This document shows, piece by piece, positions 10,701-25,700 of a stretch of 64,000 nt of DNA. The stretch's first letter is position 1. Every line of letters starts with the position of its first letter. The translations under genes were made by a program, and so were the position numbers. The notes below the pieces were generated by a model. It saw only the letters and a program-made list of their open reading frames with translations. It ran no database searches and was not told the origin of the DNA. The stretch is from Phoronis australis. Lineage: Eukaryota; Animalia; Phoronida. The DNA lies in the NCBI GenBank assembly GCA_002633005.1, contig NMRA01000153.1, forward strand, positions 84,042 to 148,041, in the 5' to 3' direction.

Positions 10701-13700
10701 GTTTTCTTATTAATTCACACCGCTCTTTTGTGAAGGCAGTTTACGATTAAATGAATCAAGAGAACGGATACACTATTAATAAGAGCTAAAGTCACCTAAA
10801 AATCAAAATAATAACATTTTACAAATAAACTAAACCTCTGGCATTAAGAAATATTTTCCCAACTCACCTCCACTAAATCCAACAAGTGTTGCAAAATATA
10901 AAAGCAAAAACCTGAAGAAGTCTGTCAGCAATACCTGTAAGATACAGAAACAGTGAAAACACAAGAAGCTCATTATATTCTGATTATGTAAAGACAAATA
11001 AAATAATTTGTATACAGATAATATGATTCCCAAAAAGATATCCATCTGAATCACCCATACTGCCACAAAGGATAGTCAGTTTGTGGCCTTTTTCTAAATT
11101 CTTAAAAAATCTCAAGTCAGATCTGCACAAATTGTACAGCTGTTATGTTTTATGTAAAAAATATAACAAAATCATTATTTACATAAAAACTCACAAGTTA
11201 TTCATTCACGTGACATGACCACATCCTTACAAAAACTGTGTTCAGATCCAAACAGAGAATTACCCTTGAGGCTTCACAAATACATAAGAGAATTGTGAAA
11301 GGTCTCACACATTCTAAAATTTCTCAGAAATAATCTAGGTGCATACAACATAAAGCAATTCAAAAACATGTTGTAAAGCTCTGTGGCCTCATAGAATAAG
11401 TAAACAAAAAGGTCACAATTACACCAACATGGATACAGACAGTGTATGACATAATCATGGTATTGTTATTAGATGTCAAGACAGAACAGAATTCCTCATA
11501 ATTTGCAATCTAATCAAAGCATCATGTTCTGTTGGTCTGTCTCTGTCATTAACAAGACACCCTGACTATTCATAATTTTACCTTTTGCAGAAGAATTTGA
11601 TATGGTCCAGTGAGTTTGAAGGCCAGTCCATAATAGAGACAGTGAGTCCAGCCCAACAACAGTGTAACAGCCATGACGGCCGTCTCTCCATGAGCATTGA
11701 GCAATCTCATAACCATGAGAATGAGTACAAGTAGACAGAAGCACCAGCTGAAAAGGACATATTTCATGCTTTACTACAATCATTCATAACGTGAACAGCG
11801 TAGAAATGTCATAATTATATAAACAATAGAACAGTTGAGGCTGTGAAGGGCTAATTGTCCACATGTCTGTTTATTCAGACAAACATTTACAAAATTGTAT
11901 TTTCTAAAAGAAGAAAGCCAGTAGAACTTTATTTTAGACTTTATACCACATTCTGCCATTAACTGGGTCACATGACCACCTCTTTTTAGTAAAATTTAGC
12001 AAAAAAGAAAGGTACATTGATAGCAACAGTATCAACAACATGGTCAAATTGTAATGAAGATGTAAATGTTCAAGAAAAGATCTTTAAAATGCAGTTAGAA
12101 TATTTTAAAATGTAATTTATTTGCTTTATGTAACATGAGAGCTTTTTAATGAAAATTATAAAACTCCTATTTTTGATAGGCAGCCCATCATGCAAAAGTG
12201 ACATTTTTTAAAAACAATTCCCAAAGCCTTTTGGAGATGAGTACATAAAGTAAAGTATCTGAAAGTTTCATAAAAATCTGATTAGACATTTTTGAGATAG
12301 ATGTTCCAAAGTTAGCCAAAATTTGTAATGTTTCAGGGGTCTTTACCAAACTTTAAGTTTGCAGTATGCATTGTCTGCAGAAAACATGAACATACTAAGC
12401 TAATGAATAGTATGTAACTTACTTTACAATATGCAAAGGCCCTGGACCTGGAGTTTGCAAATATCTCCACTTGTCATAGATAATACTGGAGACCTGTAGA
12501 GTGGAAGAGCATTTTTATCAATTTTTGATCAAATCATAAACATCCATGTTCACCATACAAGATTGTTTTGTTGTCTCCAATCATCCATAATGTTAGAGCA
12601 ATGCAACAGAACACTTTGCATCAATGTGACAGTTTATAATGTATTACCCAGGGATGCGAAACAGCCACTACTATAATTTGTGCACACATAAGTTTTAACT
12701 TAATTGTTCTGTATCTCAACTAGTCAACTTTGCCTGTTAGCCATTTTGTTTCTCTCATATTTTTTCATTTTAATTGTTCATTCTCCATTGCTCACGCATC
12801 TCATTTTACTTTTTTCCACTAGATTACTGTTTCATTTTCTGTATTATACTTTCAATTTTGTTACATTTTCCTTCATTTTATAAGTATCCATTTATTCCTG
12901 CCACAACACAAGGTGACACAACACCTGGAAACTGTTCCAGCCATGGGCAATAGTACTTCCCCCTGTGGTTTGGCACCCCGGAGTTAGGGTTGGGTATCCG
13001 ACTGACAGTACTTGTTAGTAGTCCTGCAAATTTTTTTCAATTCCTTCCTCTCACTTTGTGTGTCCCAGCGGATGGGCATGAGATGTCAAAGTGATTGGCA
13101 ATGAGGTTGAATATGCAATCAAATGCACTTGATAAGTCAATGTAAATTAATTGCGTGCAAAGCAATCAAAGTCAAACAACATGTACCAACTATAACATAC
13201 AAAACAAATAACACTTACAGCTCGGAAGAGCATGTATAAAGCACCAAGAATAGACAGCAGTTCACCAACCAGTCGCCAGTTGTCAATAGGCTGTTGGTAG
13301 AAATCCTAGAAGTTGGAACAGATAATGGAATCGGTAAACATGAGTTATGACAAAGAGTACCATGAACACTGATACATTACATTATGCAAATACCATTCCA
13401 TTCTGTTGCATGACCATCTGTACCCTACTGACCTCAATATCATTTTTTTAATTTCGACTGTAGCATGTTTTTGAATGAGCTTATTAATAAGTTATACACA
13501 CAAAAGTGATATATGACTTTCATGAACATTTATTTAAACTCTGTTCTCCACTGAAATTGTTTTAACAAATTGTTTGTACAAAAAGGGCTGTTACCAAACT
13601 CCTCAGAGTGTAATGAGTAATAGCAACAGGTTGTGTGCTCTTTTGTTCATTTTGTTTGTTAAAGTGGGTTGTTTTTGTTAAATAAGTTGTCTGGCACCAT

Positions 13701-16700
13701 GACGAGAACTGGCTCTCTGCAAACTATTCTGAGCTACTTTTCAGCATGCAGCTGAGATTTCCACTTGTGAAATTGGGGATGGCGCATCGTCAATAATCCA
13801 GAATTTAGAACATCGGTCTGACAATTGACAACCGCAGTGGGCAATTGAGATTATTGCAAAAGTGACAAGGCAGGGAAGGTCCATGCAAATTCCCTGGGAA
13901 TGGCCTCTCTGCATCAGCATCTGGAAGATCCAAATCTGTTAAAGTTAAAATAAAAAAACTTACCAAAAATGTACTTTGACGCTGTGTGCTGTTGAATCTT
14001 TCTAGATTTGACGGACGGTAATAACAGACTAACGTGAATATGGTCATGTAGATAACGTACATGGCACCAAATAACAAGAACCATGGACGGAGATAGTGCC
14101 ACTTGTGTTCCATCAGACCTTTGACAGGTTGGATGGTGAGCAGAGAACAACTCTGAAAGGAGTCCAGTCAAATCCATTTTGGCATTTCAATGAGAAACAT
14201 CTCTTAATAAGCCAATTAATTTTTAACCCGGTTATGTCCTATAGAATTCTGTTTTAACAGCTGTCACTCGAAACATGTTGCATAATAAACAATGTGTCAC
14301 TGATTAACGCTTAAAATTTCAGTGTTAGTTAGACAGAAATCAATGCGGACAAAAACATCAACATAATTGTCATCTTTTTTCATAATTTCTCTGGAAAAAC
14401 AGCCTGAAGGGCCCCTTTTTATATATTTGTCTTTTCACATAAAGGAAGCAAGACAATACACCAGGTCCTTTCCATAACTAAAATCCAGTGCAATCAAACG
14501 AATACCTTTTTGTTGTGTTTACCATGGGCTATGATATGCAGTACACTCTTTTTTTCACCATAAGAGTCTATCTGATCGACATTGTAGATCACAGATGCCG
14601 TAGAACCAAAACTCCAGTGAACCTCCTTTTTCTGGTTCACCATGTGCTCGAAAAGCTGCAATTACAATTTAATGAACTGAATGCAATGACAAACAGAATT
14701 TACAATGTTTGCAATCATTTTCTGTCCTGGTACTCAGGCTAATAACACCAATGCTAAGCTAAATGCTCAACATCTGGTTTTTCAACTTTCCATTGTGTAA
14801 GAAAGCCCAGGCTCATTTGTAACACACATGCACCATGTTTTGTTAGTAGCTCATGAAAACGAATGAAATTCCAGTGGCGGATTTAGGGGGGCCCAAGGGG
14901 GCCATGGCCCGCCTAAAATTCTCCCAGATACCATTTGGCAGTTCAAGGTGCAAATTGCTGACTAGCATATGTGCGCACACCAAGGGGGGCTCGGGAAGCG
15001 AATGCACAATGCGTAGGCCTTGAACAAACTCCGTTTACCTTTTTTTTGTTTTTTTAGTGATAAGGTTCACAAAACCAAAATTCGAGACTCCTACATCCCT
15101 ACATTTTAGGCTGGGCGCGTGCATGTGGCAAAATTCTGGTTATTCCTGTGCCCTGCCCCCCCCAACTCAAAATCCTGGATCCACCCCTGAATTCACTTTC
15201 CTTCAAAGTTACAGAAGCACACTGTCTGCAGTGAGCCAAATTTTCCAGATTATTCAATTCTTTCTTGCCTGTGGGCTAACATAGAGTATATGGAACTCCA
15301 TTATTCTAACAGCAGGAGCCTATTGTTTGTTTTAGTCCACGCCTTAGCTCTTCGACATTTTTGACGGCAGCAAAACAAAAACCCTTCTCGCCTAGACTGG
15401 ACATTGTTATGCCATGTGACTGAGCCCTAGGGCACAGCCATGCGTGTCCGTGCAATAAAATAGTTCGCTACAGCTCACAGTAACAATGAAACAAAGTTTA
15501 AGAACGCTTAGTTAAAACTGAATTCTGTAAAATTAGATTGGTAAAGATGTTATGAACACTACTAAATTTCATTTTTATGAATCAGGTTATAAAGCATTCA
15601 CAACATAAGGCCACGCATTAATCTAAGGAATCACCAGTTAAACGTTGTTCAAGTTTGCTTTTCACAAGGATATTTCGTTTAATTCTGGGTCAAAATTTTC
15701 CGTTCAAGAAAAGGCAAATCTTTATTTTTTATGAAGAATTCAATTACGTTTATGTCCAGACTGAACATTTTATGAAATCCAAGATACGCGATGGCAGGCA
15801 ATTCATAGGTTAGACCATAATTAGATAAAGATCATTGCCTTTAGCAAAACATGCCTATTGCAGTCAATGGGCACGTAATTTATGCGCATAAGAGCATCCG
15901 CTCGAAACAATGGAAGTCGAGCGGACTCTTTTCTCAGACGCTGCCCGGAATGAACCGACTCGGAATCGATTTGAAAATCTTTGCATCAATTTATAACTTC
16001 ATGCTTAAGATATCCGCCGTCTGATTTTTGTGATTTTCTACTTGCAGACCCTGGGCATTAGTGGTTAATGGAAGATTACTTTCAGAAAATATAAACCTTT
16101 ACTGGTAAATCTATTGTTTTTGGCTAAATGAACAGACGTGTCAATGAGGCCTTACATAACCTCAACGGTATCTGCTTAGCATTTTGTACATACTGTATTT
16201 ATTTTTATCTCTATTCTTCGTATTAGTATTCTGTCATAATAAATGACCTTATTCGCCAACCTTGGTCTCCTTGTCATCTCTTGTAACTGAAGCTTGTTAT
16301 GCATGTATTTTTCATTGCTGTCGATCGTACAGAATTCCACAGGAAAAACGCTGAAGTTACCAAACACACACACACACACACACACACCTCCAGGTTTGCT
16401 AGGTAAGCTGCCATTTTCAGTGGTGTCAGTCCTTGGTGGTTCACTATCCTCTCCAGCTGGGTGCTCTTTGCAGGCTCCAGAGACAATACCAAATCGTAGA
16501 TTTCTGTAAGAGCACAAGTAACCAAACCGGGGAAATAATTAAAATACCATGACAAAGCAGCAGTCTGTAGATATCGAAATGAATTAGCCGTCACTTTGCC
16601 GTCTTTTGTTAAATTGTGCTTACAAACCCTGAACACCATGACACGCTTCCACGTTAAAACTTCATAGCATTCTCTGGCTGTGTTAAGATCACCCTGATGC

Positions 16701-19700
16701 AATGTGCACCAGGGTGTGGTGCACACAAATCAAATAGACCCATTGTGTTGCTCAGGCAGGCTACACAATGTTGCCATTCCTGTATGAAAATTAGAGGAAA
16801 TAATTCTACGTATTTTTCAAGCACTTTTACTTAGGGTCACAAATTTGCCAGGATTCTGAGCTCCACCAAATTTCCCAGGGAAACTTTACTAATGACCTAC
16901 ATGTTTTGTTGATTAAATTAAAATTCCGAACATAATCTGTATCATAAAACTATTGCATGGAGTCCAACCTATGCATTGTACTGCAATTTCTTGTAGAGTC
17001 AGTGTCTGTCAATAGGGGTGACATAAATTCCCAGTATTCATGAATCCTTCGGGGACACGACCAATTGTGGAATTAAAAGTTTTTTAATTAGAATGGCTTT
17101 GAGATAAGGACTTTGATGAAGAAGCCTTGAAGTTTAAGGCATTTCACACAGTTAGTAGTTAAAAATACTGATGTTTACTTTTATAATAAATGTTCAATGC
17201 TCCTTACTTTTCGCAACTTCCTTATCTTCAATCATGGACAACAGGTGGAGTGCCGTGTTGCCATAGGAGTCTTGTGCATCCAGTGGTGCCCCATGTTGGT
17301 GCAAAAATCGAAGAACTTCCACTTGACCAGTGCAAGCAGCAAAAGACAGAGGATACTCTCCTGCAGAAGCAGAAAATTATCAAAGATGCATTACCTGAGG
17401 ACTGGTCTGCTGGTAAATAGATGTTTCACATTCAATCAAGGTAAAATCTCGCCAATTTAGGACACGATAATGGCCAACAAGCGAAATTTTATTTTTTCAT
17501 AAAAGATAAACAGCGCTAAAAAAGACAGTTCTTTAACACATATCTAACTAACATCAGACATTATTTGCAGAAATTGTGGGCTTCCACAACAATGTGAGAA
17601 CATTGAAAAGATGAAAAAATACCAATTTTGGCGATTAATTTTGTCTGAAATTTTGTGAGATTTTACTGTAGCTCAGTTGGAAGGACACAATGAACCAACA
17701 ATAATCACTTAATACCAGTAAAAATATCTTGTACACCATTTTACACTTCTTAGTGATGGTTCTTAAAATCACAAACATTACTCATTATTCTGGAAAAAAA
17801 TTATTGCTCAAATTAAGAAAATGTTAATGTAACCTGACTGTCTAAAGTAATCATATGTTTCTCATGGACAAACACAACAAGGTCAGACAGTTTGGAAATC
17901 ATTGTTAGGGAAATCATTATTTTTCTATTGACTTTAGAACAGCTTAACTGTGGTTAACTTTATAAATACCTTTTTCTCATGAGGTGTAAATGACTACATT
18001 CATAAGAAAAAACAGGTTATATTTGAAACAAAATCTAGAGCAGATCAACAGTTTTCATACCATAATAAACAGAACACTTCTTCCCTTTGTGGAAGAAGGT
18101 TCCATTTGCTCTGGGGGTGACGACATCAGCACCACGTCGTACAAGCTCTTTCACCATCAGGAAGTTGTGGTTCATGATGGCAATGTGGAGAGCGGTTTCA
18201 CCTAGAAAGCAATATGGAAGTAAATATCAACCTTCGTGGTTTTAAAAAAACATGACTACTCTCTTTGTTGCCCGTTTAACTTTTCCTTGGCAGTGCATGA
18301 TATAATCCTGACCCATAATGTTTACGGTTACATAGCACCCCTAAGTAAAATATTCAAAGTTTGACCAGCTTGAGAACATCCGATGATGTCTCAGAAATGT
18401 TTGATCAGATTCATATGGAACATTCGGGCACTATACCTTGTGCGCATTCTCCAAAATTCTATAAGGAATTGATTTCAAAATGTTCCAGTTTTGCCCGAGG
18501 GGCTATAAAAACTAAGACTTTCACGAAAAATGTTGATTTGCATAAAACAAAAACTAAATGACAACTTAGAAAACAGTATTTTTGAGATTCAATCTTGAAC
18601 ATTTAAATCAAATAAAATTTGGAAATGTTATTGAAACCGTTGTTGTCTAACTACAAATTTACCTTGCTCCTTTTGCTACATATCATTAACACGACATGGT
18701 CACGTAACACAATTAAAAGGAGATGCTATAAAACAGAAAATGAAATTTTACAGGCTTACTAGTTTCTAAAATTATGTACTTTTAATGAGCTGAAATCTAA
18801 AGTTTTACAGATATTGGCTAAAATTACCAAGACTTGTCAATAGGGTTCTACATAATCTTAAGCAGTTCACAAAAAAGTTCAATGTATGATTAAAAATTGG
18901 TAGACCTTCAAATAATGAAAATAAAGGAACTGTTAACTAATGTGACGGCAGCAAGTGATGAAGTATTTACCCAGACTCTAGTGTCAGAGTTGACAATACT
19001 GTCAGTTTAGATTTCAGATTTTGCATGTAAACCTAGTAACTGATGGATGGGTGTTCAGTGTAGCTTCGAATGTAAATATACGTAACAAAACTTTTTTATA
19101 GTTTACCTAAATCGTACACTAAGCATGACAACACTATGGAGGGTCCTGTTTGATTTAAATGACTCTGGTAGATGCCGTACGCTAAATTACGATAATTGCC
19201 AACATTTGTCAACTCTTTTCACACATCATAAAACCACTTGTTGTTAAAGGTATTAAAAAACAAATAAATAACAGGCAATGAATATATTGATGAACATGAA
19301 CCAATAGGGCTTTTGTAAAGAAATGTCTACTATTGACAATTATTTGGAACAAAGTCACTCCCCCTGCCATCAGCTGTATGTAAAGCCCAAGCACAGCAAT
19401 TCTTTATGTAGTAGTAGGTGGCTTAGGATAACAAACTTTTTGACCACATACTCTCTCATAGTAGGTGGTAGGGATATGTGTCAACTTAGGTATTGTCCTT
19501 GTTAGTGGTGGGGGTTGACCAATACTGCTTCGGTTATTTATTTTTCATTTGACATTATCTCATGTATTCATTCTCACAGTTGGATTTTTAAGTATGCAGT
19601 GGGGACCCCCCCCCATACCCACAATACGTAGAAGAGAACCCTTGTAACTAAGCTTCATGAAAGAACTCAATGAAAGGGTACAGGAGCTTAAATTTCAATG

Positions 19701-22700
19701 TTTTACACAAAATTAATATGTCTACTTATCACACAAAATGACCCATGTCACTTGATCAGTCACTCTTGCTAAATGTCAACTATTGGTAGGTTTTCTATGT
19801 AACAGGCCTCCAGCCCACATTACAAATATATAATACATAGAGAGTACAAGATTTTTCAAATCTGAATTCATTCACATCAAGGAACTCATTTCGGCGTTTC
19901 TCCGCATTAATCAAATATCTAGCAACTTTTCTCAGGACAGTTAAATCATGAGTCTGTAAAAAATCTCCGAACACTATCTCGTCCACCTTATCGTATCTTG
20001 GTAATAGCTACCTAGGAAGACTTGGGACATAACAGGTGAGTTGATCAGAGTAAGTTCATTGTCCATCACCTTCAGCGCCACGTCATTGCTGTCATGGAGG
20101 AGGGCTATATGGAGACAGTGCTGGCCAAATGGACCTGGAAAAGCAAACATAAAATGAGGCTCTGGAAAACCCTGCATCAGTATGAGCTTTTACAAAATTA
20201 AAGATGCGTTTTATCTCACTCGATATCAACATGCAGAACTATACGTAATTAACCTCCAAGCATAAGTGAATAACTCATTCAAATTATTCAATCAGCATAT
20301 TTGCCAAGGAGCCTGAACTCGTTTCGTTTAAGGATTTATGTAGTTGCCTGGGGTCATGCAACGCTCCATATTGATTGGAATTTGTTGTTTAATATCTCAG
20401 GCAAACAGCTGAAACCTGAAATAGCAGTGCATAGCACAGAGCTAGAATTAACTGCTGTTTACTTATATGCCCCTGCATCATCAGCATTGCAAATGCATAA
20501 CCATGGGTTAAATACAACCACAGACAAACGTTAGATTTATGGAAAAAAACGTTAGATTTACAGCAAAACCTTAGATTTGTAGAATAAAATAGATTTGTAG
20601 AAAAAATAGAGACGACTTGTAAGTGAAGCATGTAAACCTTCATGTTTTAGCTCATACATTCTCATGCATCAATGAAGTTATTTATACTCATCAGTTACAG
20701 TAGATAGTCATTTTGTCATACAATAGAAAACAATCCTAGGATTATGAACTGACCAATAAGTTACTGTCATGAGACTGAGATAACAATACAGCTCATATCC
20801 TCTCCTTAATCTCCCCACAATGCTCAGTGCATCACAATCAGCCACTCTTCAGCTTGGTCACTATAGTGTGATTGTTCCTGTATTTAGTTTCATTTATCAA
20901 AACATGTTGTTTTGAAGTCGACATTTCTTTGCTGTCAAAAACTAAGCTAGAATACAACAATAATAAAAGTACTTGACAAGTACATGCTAATGCATGGCCA
21001 AGGGTTTTCAATATTTTTACAGTGAACAGGTGCCTAGCAGTAGCAGTATTGCAAACTTTGTTTTCTTACCTTAGACTAAAAGCTCATTTCAGGATGACAC
21101 TTAAGCTCTAGAGCGCAAGTTCAGGTTTCATATCATCAAGTATGACAAACAGCACCTTTCACTGTATGTTACTGATAGTGAGCAGATGACATACTTATAT
21201 AGTGATCATCAGGTATATGGCATATTTAACACCTCAGAGAAGTAACTGTGTAACAACAAGGAATGAGTCATCATCCAAAGAAGATCTACCTGACCTCCAG
21301 ACAGGCGCTGAGACACCAAAACAACTGCTTGCTAACTTTATGATAACTCTTTAGCTGATGGTTCCAAACTCTATGTAGTCACATTTCATATCAAAAATAA
21401 ACATTAAAAATTCTACATCAGTCTTGCCATGATTATAATACTTTGCATGAGTTCGCATAACGTGTACTATATTGATATTTTGCCTCAATAAATGCAGTAG
21501 AATTCAGTCTTTCTTTAAACTTAAACTAAATGGGAATTATTTTTGGACGAAATGTCAATCTGAAAAAGACTGCAAAAAGGAGAACATGACTAATGCAGCA
21601 AAACCAGAGTACATTAGGTTGACATCATCTCATATAGCGGTGATGTCATATCTGAGTATCACGCACTTAAACAAACTGAAGCGCCACCTTCTGTTCATAG
21701 TCAGTGAACTTGTAGAATTGCATTCCATACAATATGAGACCAGCTGCAAGCATTGCACACATTTAAATCCCTAAATTAAAATTTTCTTGATAACAAAGAC
21801 ATCAACAATATTTTAAAGTTGGCGTCATTTAATTTATTTATTTATTTTACACACCCTAATTTCAATCATCGCGCTAACAAGTTTGAGTTGAATTTAACAA
21901 CAAGTTTGGCACCCTTTTGTCAGGCATGAATAATCATACATCCAATCAAAGTATTGACTGTTGAAGCCACCCACTTTCAATACACATCATTTGCAGGCTC
22001 ATGCATCCTGACCATGCTAACATGCAGCCTAAGATCAAATTGATGTAACTAAATGACATTTGTCAATTATTTTGCATTAAAATGACCCTAGTATGACTAT
22101 AAAACATGTCTCTCAAAAAATATAAATGACCGTCCCTTTGTCTATCCCAAGCAACTCCTAGAAGTTTTTCAAAATCTTTCCACGTTTTGGGTAAAAATTT
22201 AGTGGCTGACTAACAGAATGAAAGCCCAAATAAAGCCTCCTTCCAGGAATAACTTAGCAGAAGTAATCATAGAAAAAGAACAATTAACTGTCACACTCTG
22301 GCAGTATGTTAGTGTTCATGCCTCGAAAATGTGATCACGGCTCTGCCTGTCATTATTACATTTTTGGGGTCTGAAAACAACATATTGACCTCGATGAAAG
22401 TCAATAATTGTTTAATATTGTTCTTATGGTAAGTATTCTAATTACTACAATTATGTTTTACTCATTCCTTTTTGTACTAACTAATAAACTTAAATTATTT
22501 TGATTATTATTATTATTACGATAGTTTTATATTATTGTTCTTATTATTATCATCACCAATGTATTGAAGTAAACGTTTACCAACAACCAACTTCACTGAA
22601 AATTTCATTTCTGATTGTTTGAAATAAACAATAAACTACAACAGCTAATTAATGCATTCATTGCTTTGCATATAGTCTTCTTTAGTTCTTCTACTTATGT

Positions 22701-25700
22701 CATAATAAATGACATTATTCGCAATCCTCATATTGTTCTACTCCGCAACTGACGCAGCTCATGGCGTACCCCGGGCAAAATAGTTTACGATAAATAAGTG
22801 TAGCCAGCAAGCTGTAGTCAATTTCAATACAAGCCTTAACCATCATTCTAACACACATACACACAGAGGCATGCCAACAAACATACCGGTACACATACAC
22901 CACGTACGCACATGCACACAGGAAGCACAAAACATGACCTGGACAAAGCTGAGAGATAACCTATTTGCTCACTGGACAACCTTGGACAAAAACCCTGAGG
23001 GAAATGTGTGTATAAATAAGAGGATATGGTCGGAGTTATATAATACTCTTCCTTAAAATGACACTAAATAACTGTTATTAAAAAGTCACAACTGTTCACC
23101 TGTCATCAGAAGCAATACAACCTGTGATGGGATAAAGAGAAGGATGGGCCTGTCTCCTGTCGTTAAGGAGTAATTTTTCTTTGAATTAATTTAAGGGTAG
23201 CAGCTATTAGATTGGTATTCATAAGCAGAAACTAAGTGTTTAAAACTGAAGCATGCTTCTCCCTAAGTGTAGGGTCTCATCCTCGGTTGTACAAATCACT
23301 TGCGGCATGCAACTTGCAAACAGATATATAATAAAGCATTGAAAAGGCTTTCGCAAGCACCAAGAGAATTTTGTGAAGAAATTCTTAACGTTATCAAGAA
23401 AGGCTAATAAAAAAAATTGACTCGCTCTTACAGAGAACAAAACATGACAATGGATGTTTTTGTGACCCAAAAGATATCTCCAGATTACAGTCTTGATATA
23501 ATTTCCTTGCAGTTATTAAACAGTCAAATTACACTGAATGACTTTACCAGCTACCATAACACCAAAGGTTATCATGACAAAAAATGCAAAAGCAAAACTT
23601 GAGTAATGAGAAACAAAATTCCTAAAAGGCACTCAAGTGTCACACTTGCAATTTTGTAAGATATTGTGATTTCGTATAATCAATTCGCTTCTGCAAATGT
23701 GATTTGAAATAAATCTGATAATTATTCATGATTGGTATGAGTACAAAAACACATAGACGCTCTGTGCCTAAGAACCCTGCAAACTACCAGCGTGTACCTG
23801 TAGACTGGCTGCCTGACAGGAAGCTAAGGTTTAATTATGATAGATTTTCTTCTAGACAGGATTATGCTATCTTATCACTTCTAAGTTGTGGATAACATCT
23901 AAATACTGGGTGATTACATTACAGAGCTACCTGGCACAAGATTCACAACGGATTGTGTTCAGTAAAATTTTCATTTTCAAAGTTTCAAGTAATGAAAATC
24001 TTATGAACAAGATTCATCAGGCACAATAGGAAAACCACCAGCACTGTGTGACCGACCTATTTATTAGCAATATAGGGGTACCTTACTGACAGAAGTGCTT
24101 TAGTGCACTTACTAAACAAACACACACAGTAAGTGAGCAAGTCTGTTGTGAGAATCTAGTCATTGTATGTGTTCTATTTGACAACTCAGCTTTTGTATGC
24201 AGGCTATGAATAAAACATGACTTAAGTCTTGAATGAATTTTTGATTTGGAATCAGATAAAACCTTCTTTGCCACCTGTTGTACAATCAACCTGATAACTG
24301 AGACTACACAGCAGGTGTTTTTGTTTAATCATCTACCTGGCTGAATCAGATGACTGACAGAGATGGGAGTCAGTGACCATGATAGTGATATTGGTGCAAC
24401 CCACAGAGTGCGCACTTAACTATTTTTTAAAAGTCACTCTTCACCTATTCAGCTCAAACATGAAAATTCATTTTGTCACATTTCTCAACAAAAATGAGCA
24501 TTAAGAAAGTATCACTTAATTAATAATACAATCTGTTTTGTTCAACTGTCACAAAACAACCCTAGGTACAACATTCATCATCTGTAACATTTCAGATAGC
24601 CTTTGAAAAATCAAGAAATGATTATATTGTCAATTATTTTTGTGTGAAATAAGTGACTAAGTTTGCAGAAATTTTTCTCTTTTAAAGCATTATTTTATTC
24701 TTCAAACACAACATAACAAATTTATAATATTATCAGTGTAAGTTAATAAACCACATTCATGAAGTATTTACCTGGTGCAAATGCCCCCAGATGAGTTATT
24801 GAGTACATGCATGCATAATGTATGAGCAAATGAAAATTTATTCAAGCAAAATAGACTCCCATGGTGTACAAGGTTCTTGTAGTTCTACCCATCTAGTATT
24901 ACTATGTCTTAGAATACAATTTTCAGCAATAAAATTCGTTTTCAAATAACTGATAAAAACATTCTAATTATTTTTTTTACATTTCTGCAATCTAAATAAA
25001 CATTTTGTACATAACATAAAGAACCACTGCAATACTTAGTTCTCTGTTTTAAAAGGGATTCCAAAACATATTGTATTTTTATCTAAATGAAATTCGATCT
25101 CTGTTGACAACAGGCTCTCAATATCGCGCCAAAAACAATGCGCAACACAATTTAAAAATATGTGTTCGATTTTCTCACGTTACTTATTACAAAATACACA
25201 GGAATCAGAATCACCACAGCATTTGTAGGAAGGATTCTATGCAAGAGTTGACTTGGCTAAAATTAACTGATACAGATCTATGAGTTTTTGGTAAATAAAG
25301 TATCTCAACTATAGTTATGCAAATATCAATACCCAAATTTATTTCATATGCACTTATTGTTACAGTAAAATCTCACCAATTCCAGATAAAAATAATTGCT
25401 AAAATTTACTATTTTTAATTTTTCAAGAGCTATTAAACAGTAATTGGCAAAATTGTTCAAGGGTTTCAGACAGTTGCGAATGCACACGATTTGTCAAAAC
25501 ATGGTAGATACAGTGTAAAACTTTAAATCGATAAACCATTCAATTAGTCTTACTTATCTTTTATGAAAATACAAAAGGACAAAACTCCTCTTGTCCGCCA
25601 TATTGTGGGAAGATTTACCTAACTCATTTTTATCGCTGATCCAAAATAAAATGACAGCATAATGTCCTTAGATACTGACCTGTGCGCTCAAAGGACTGCA

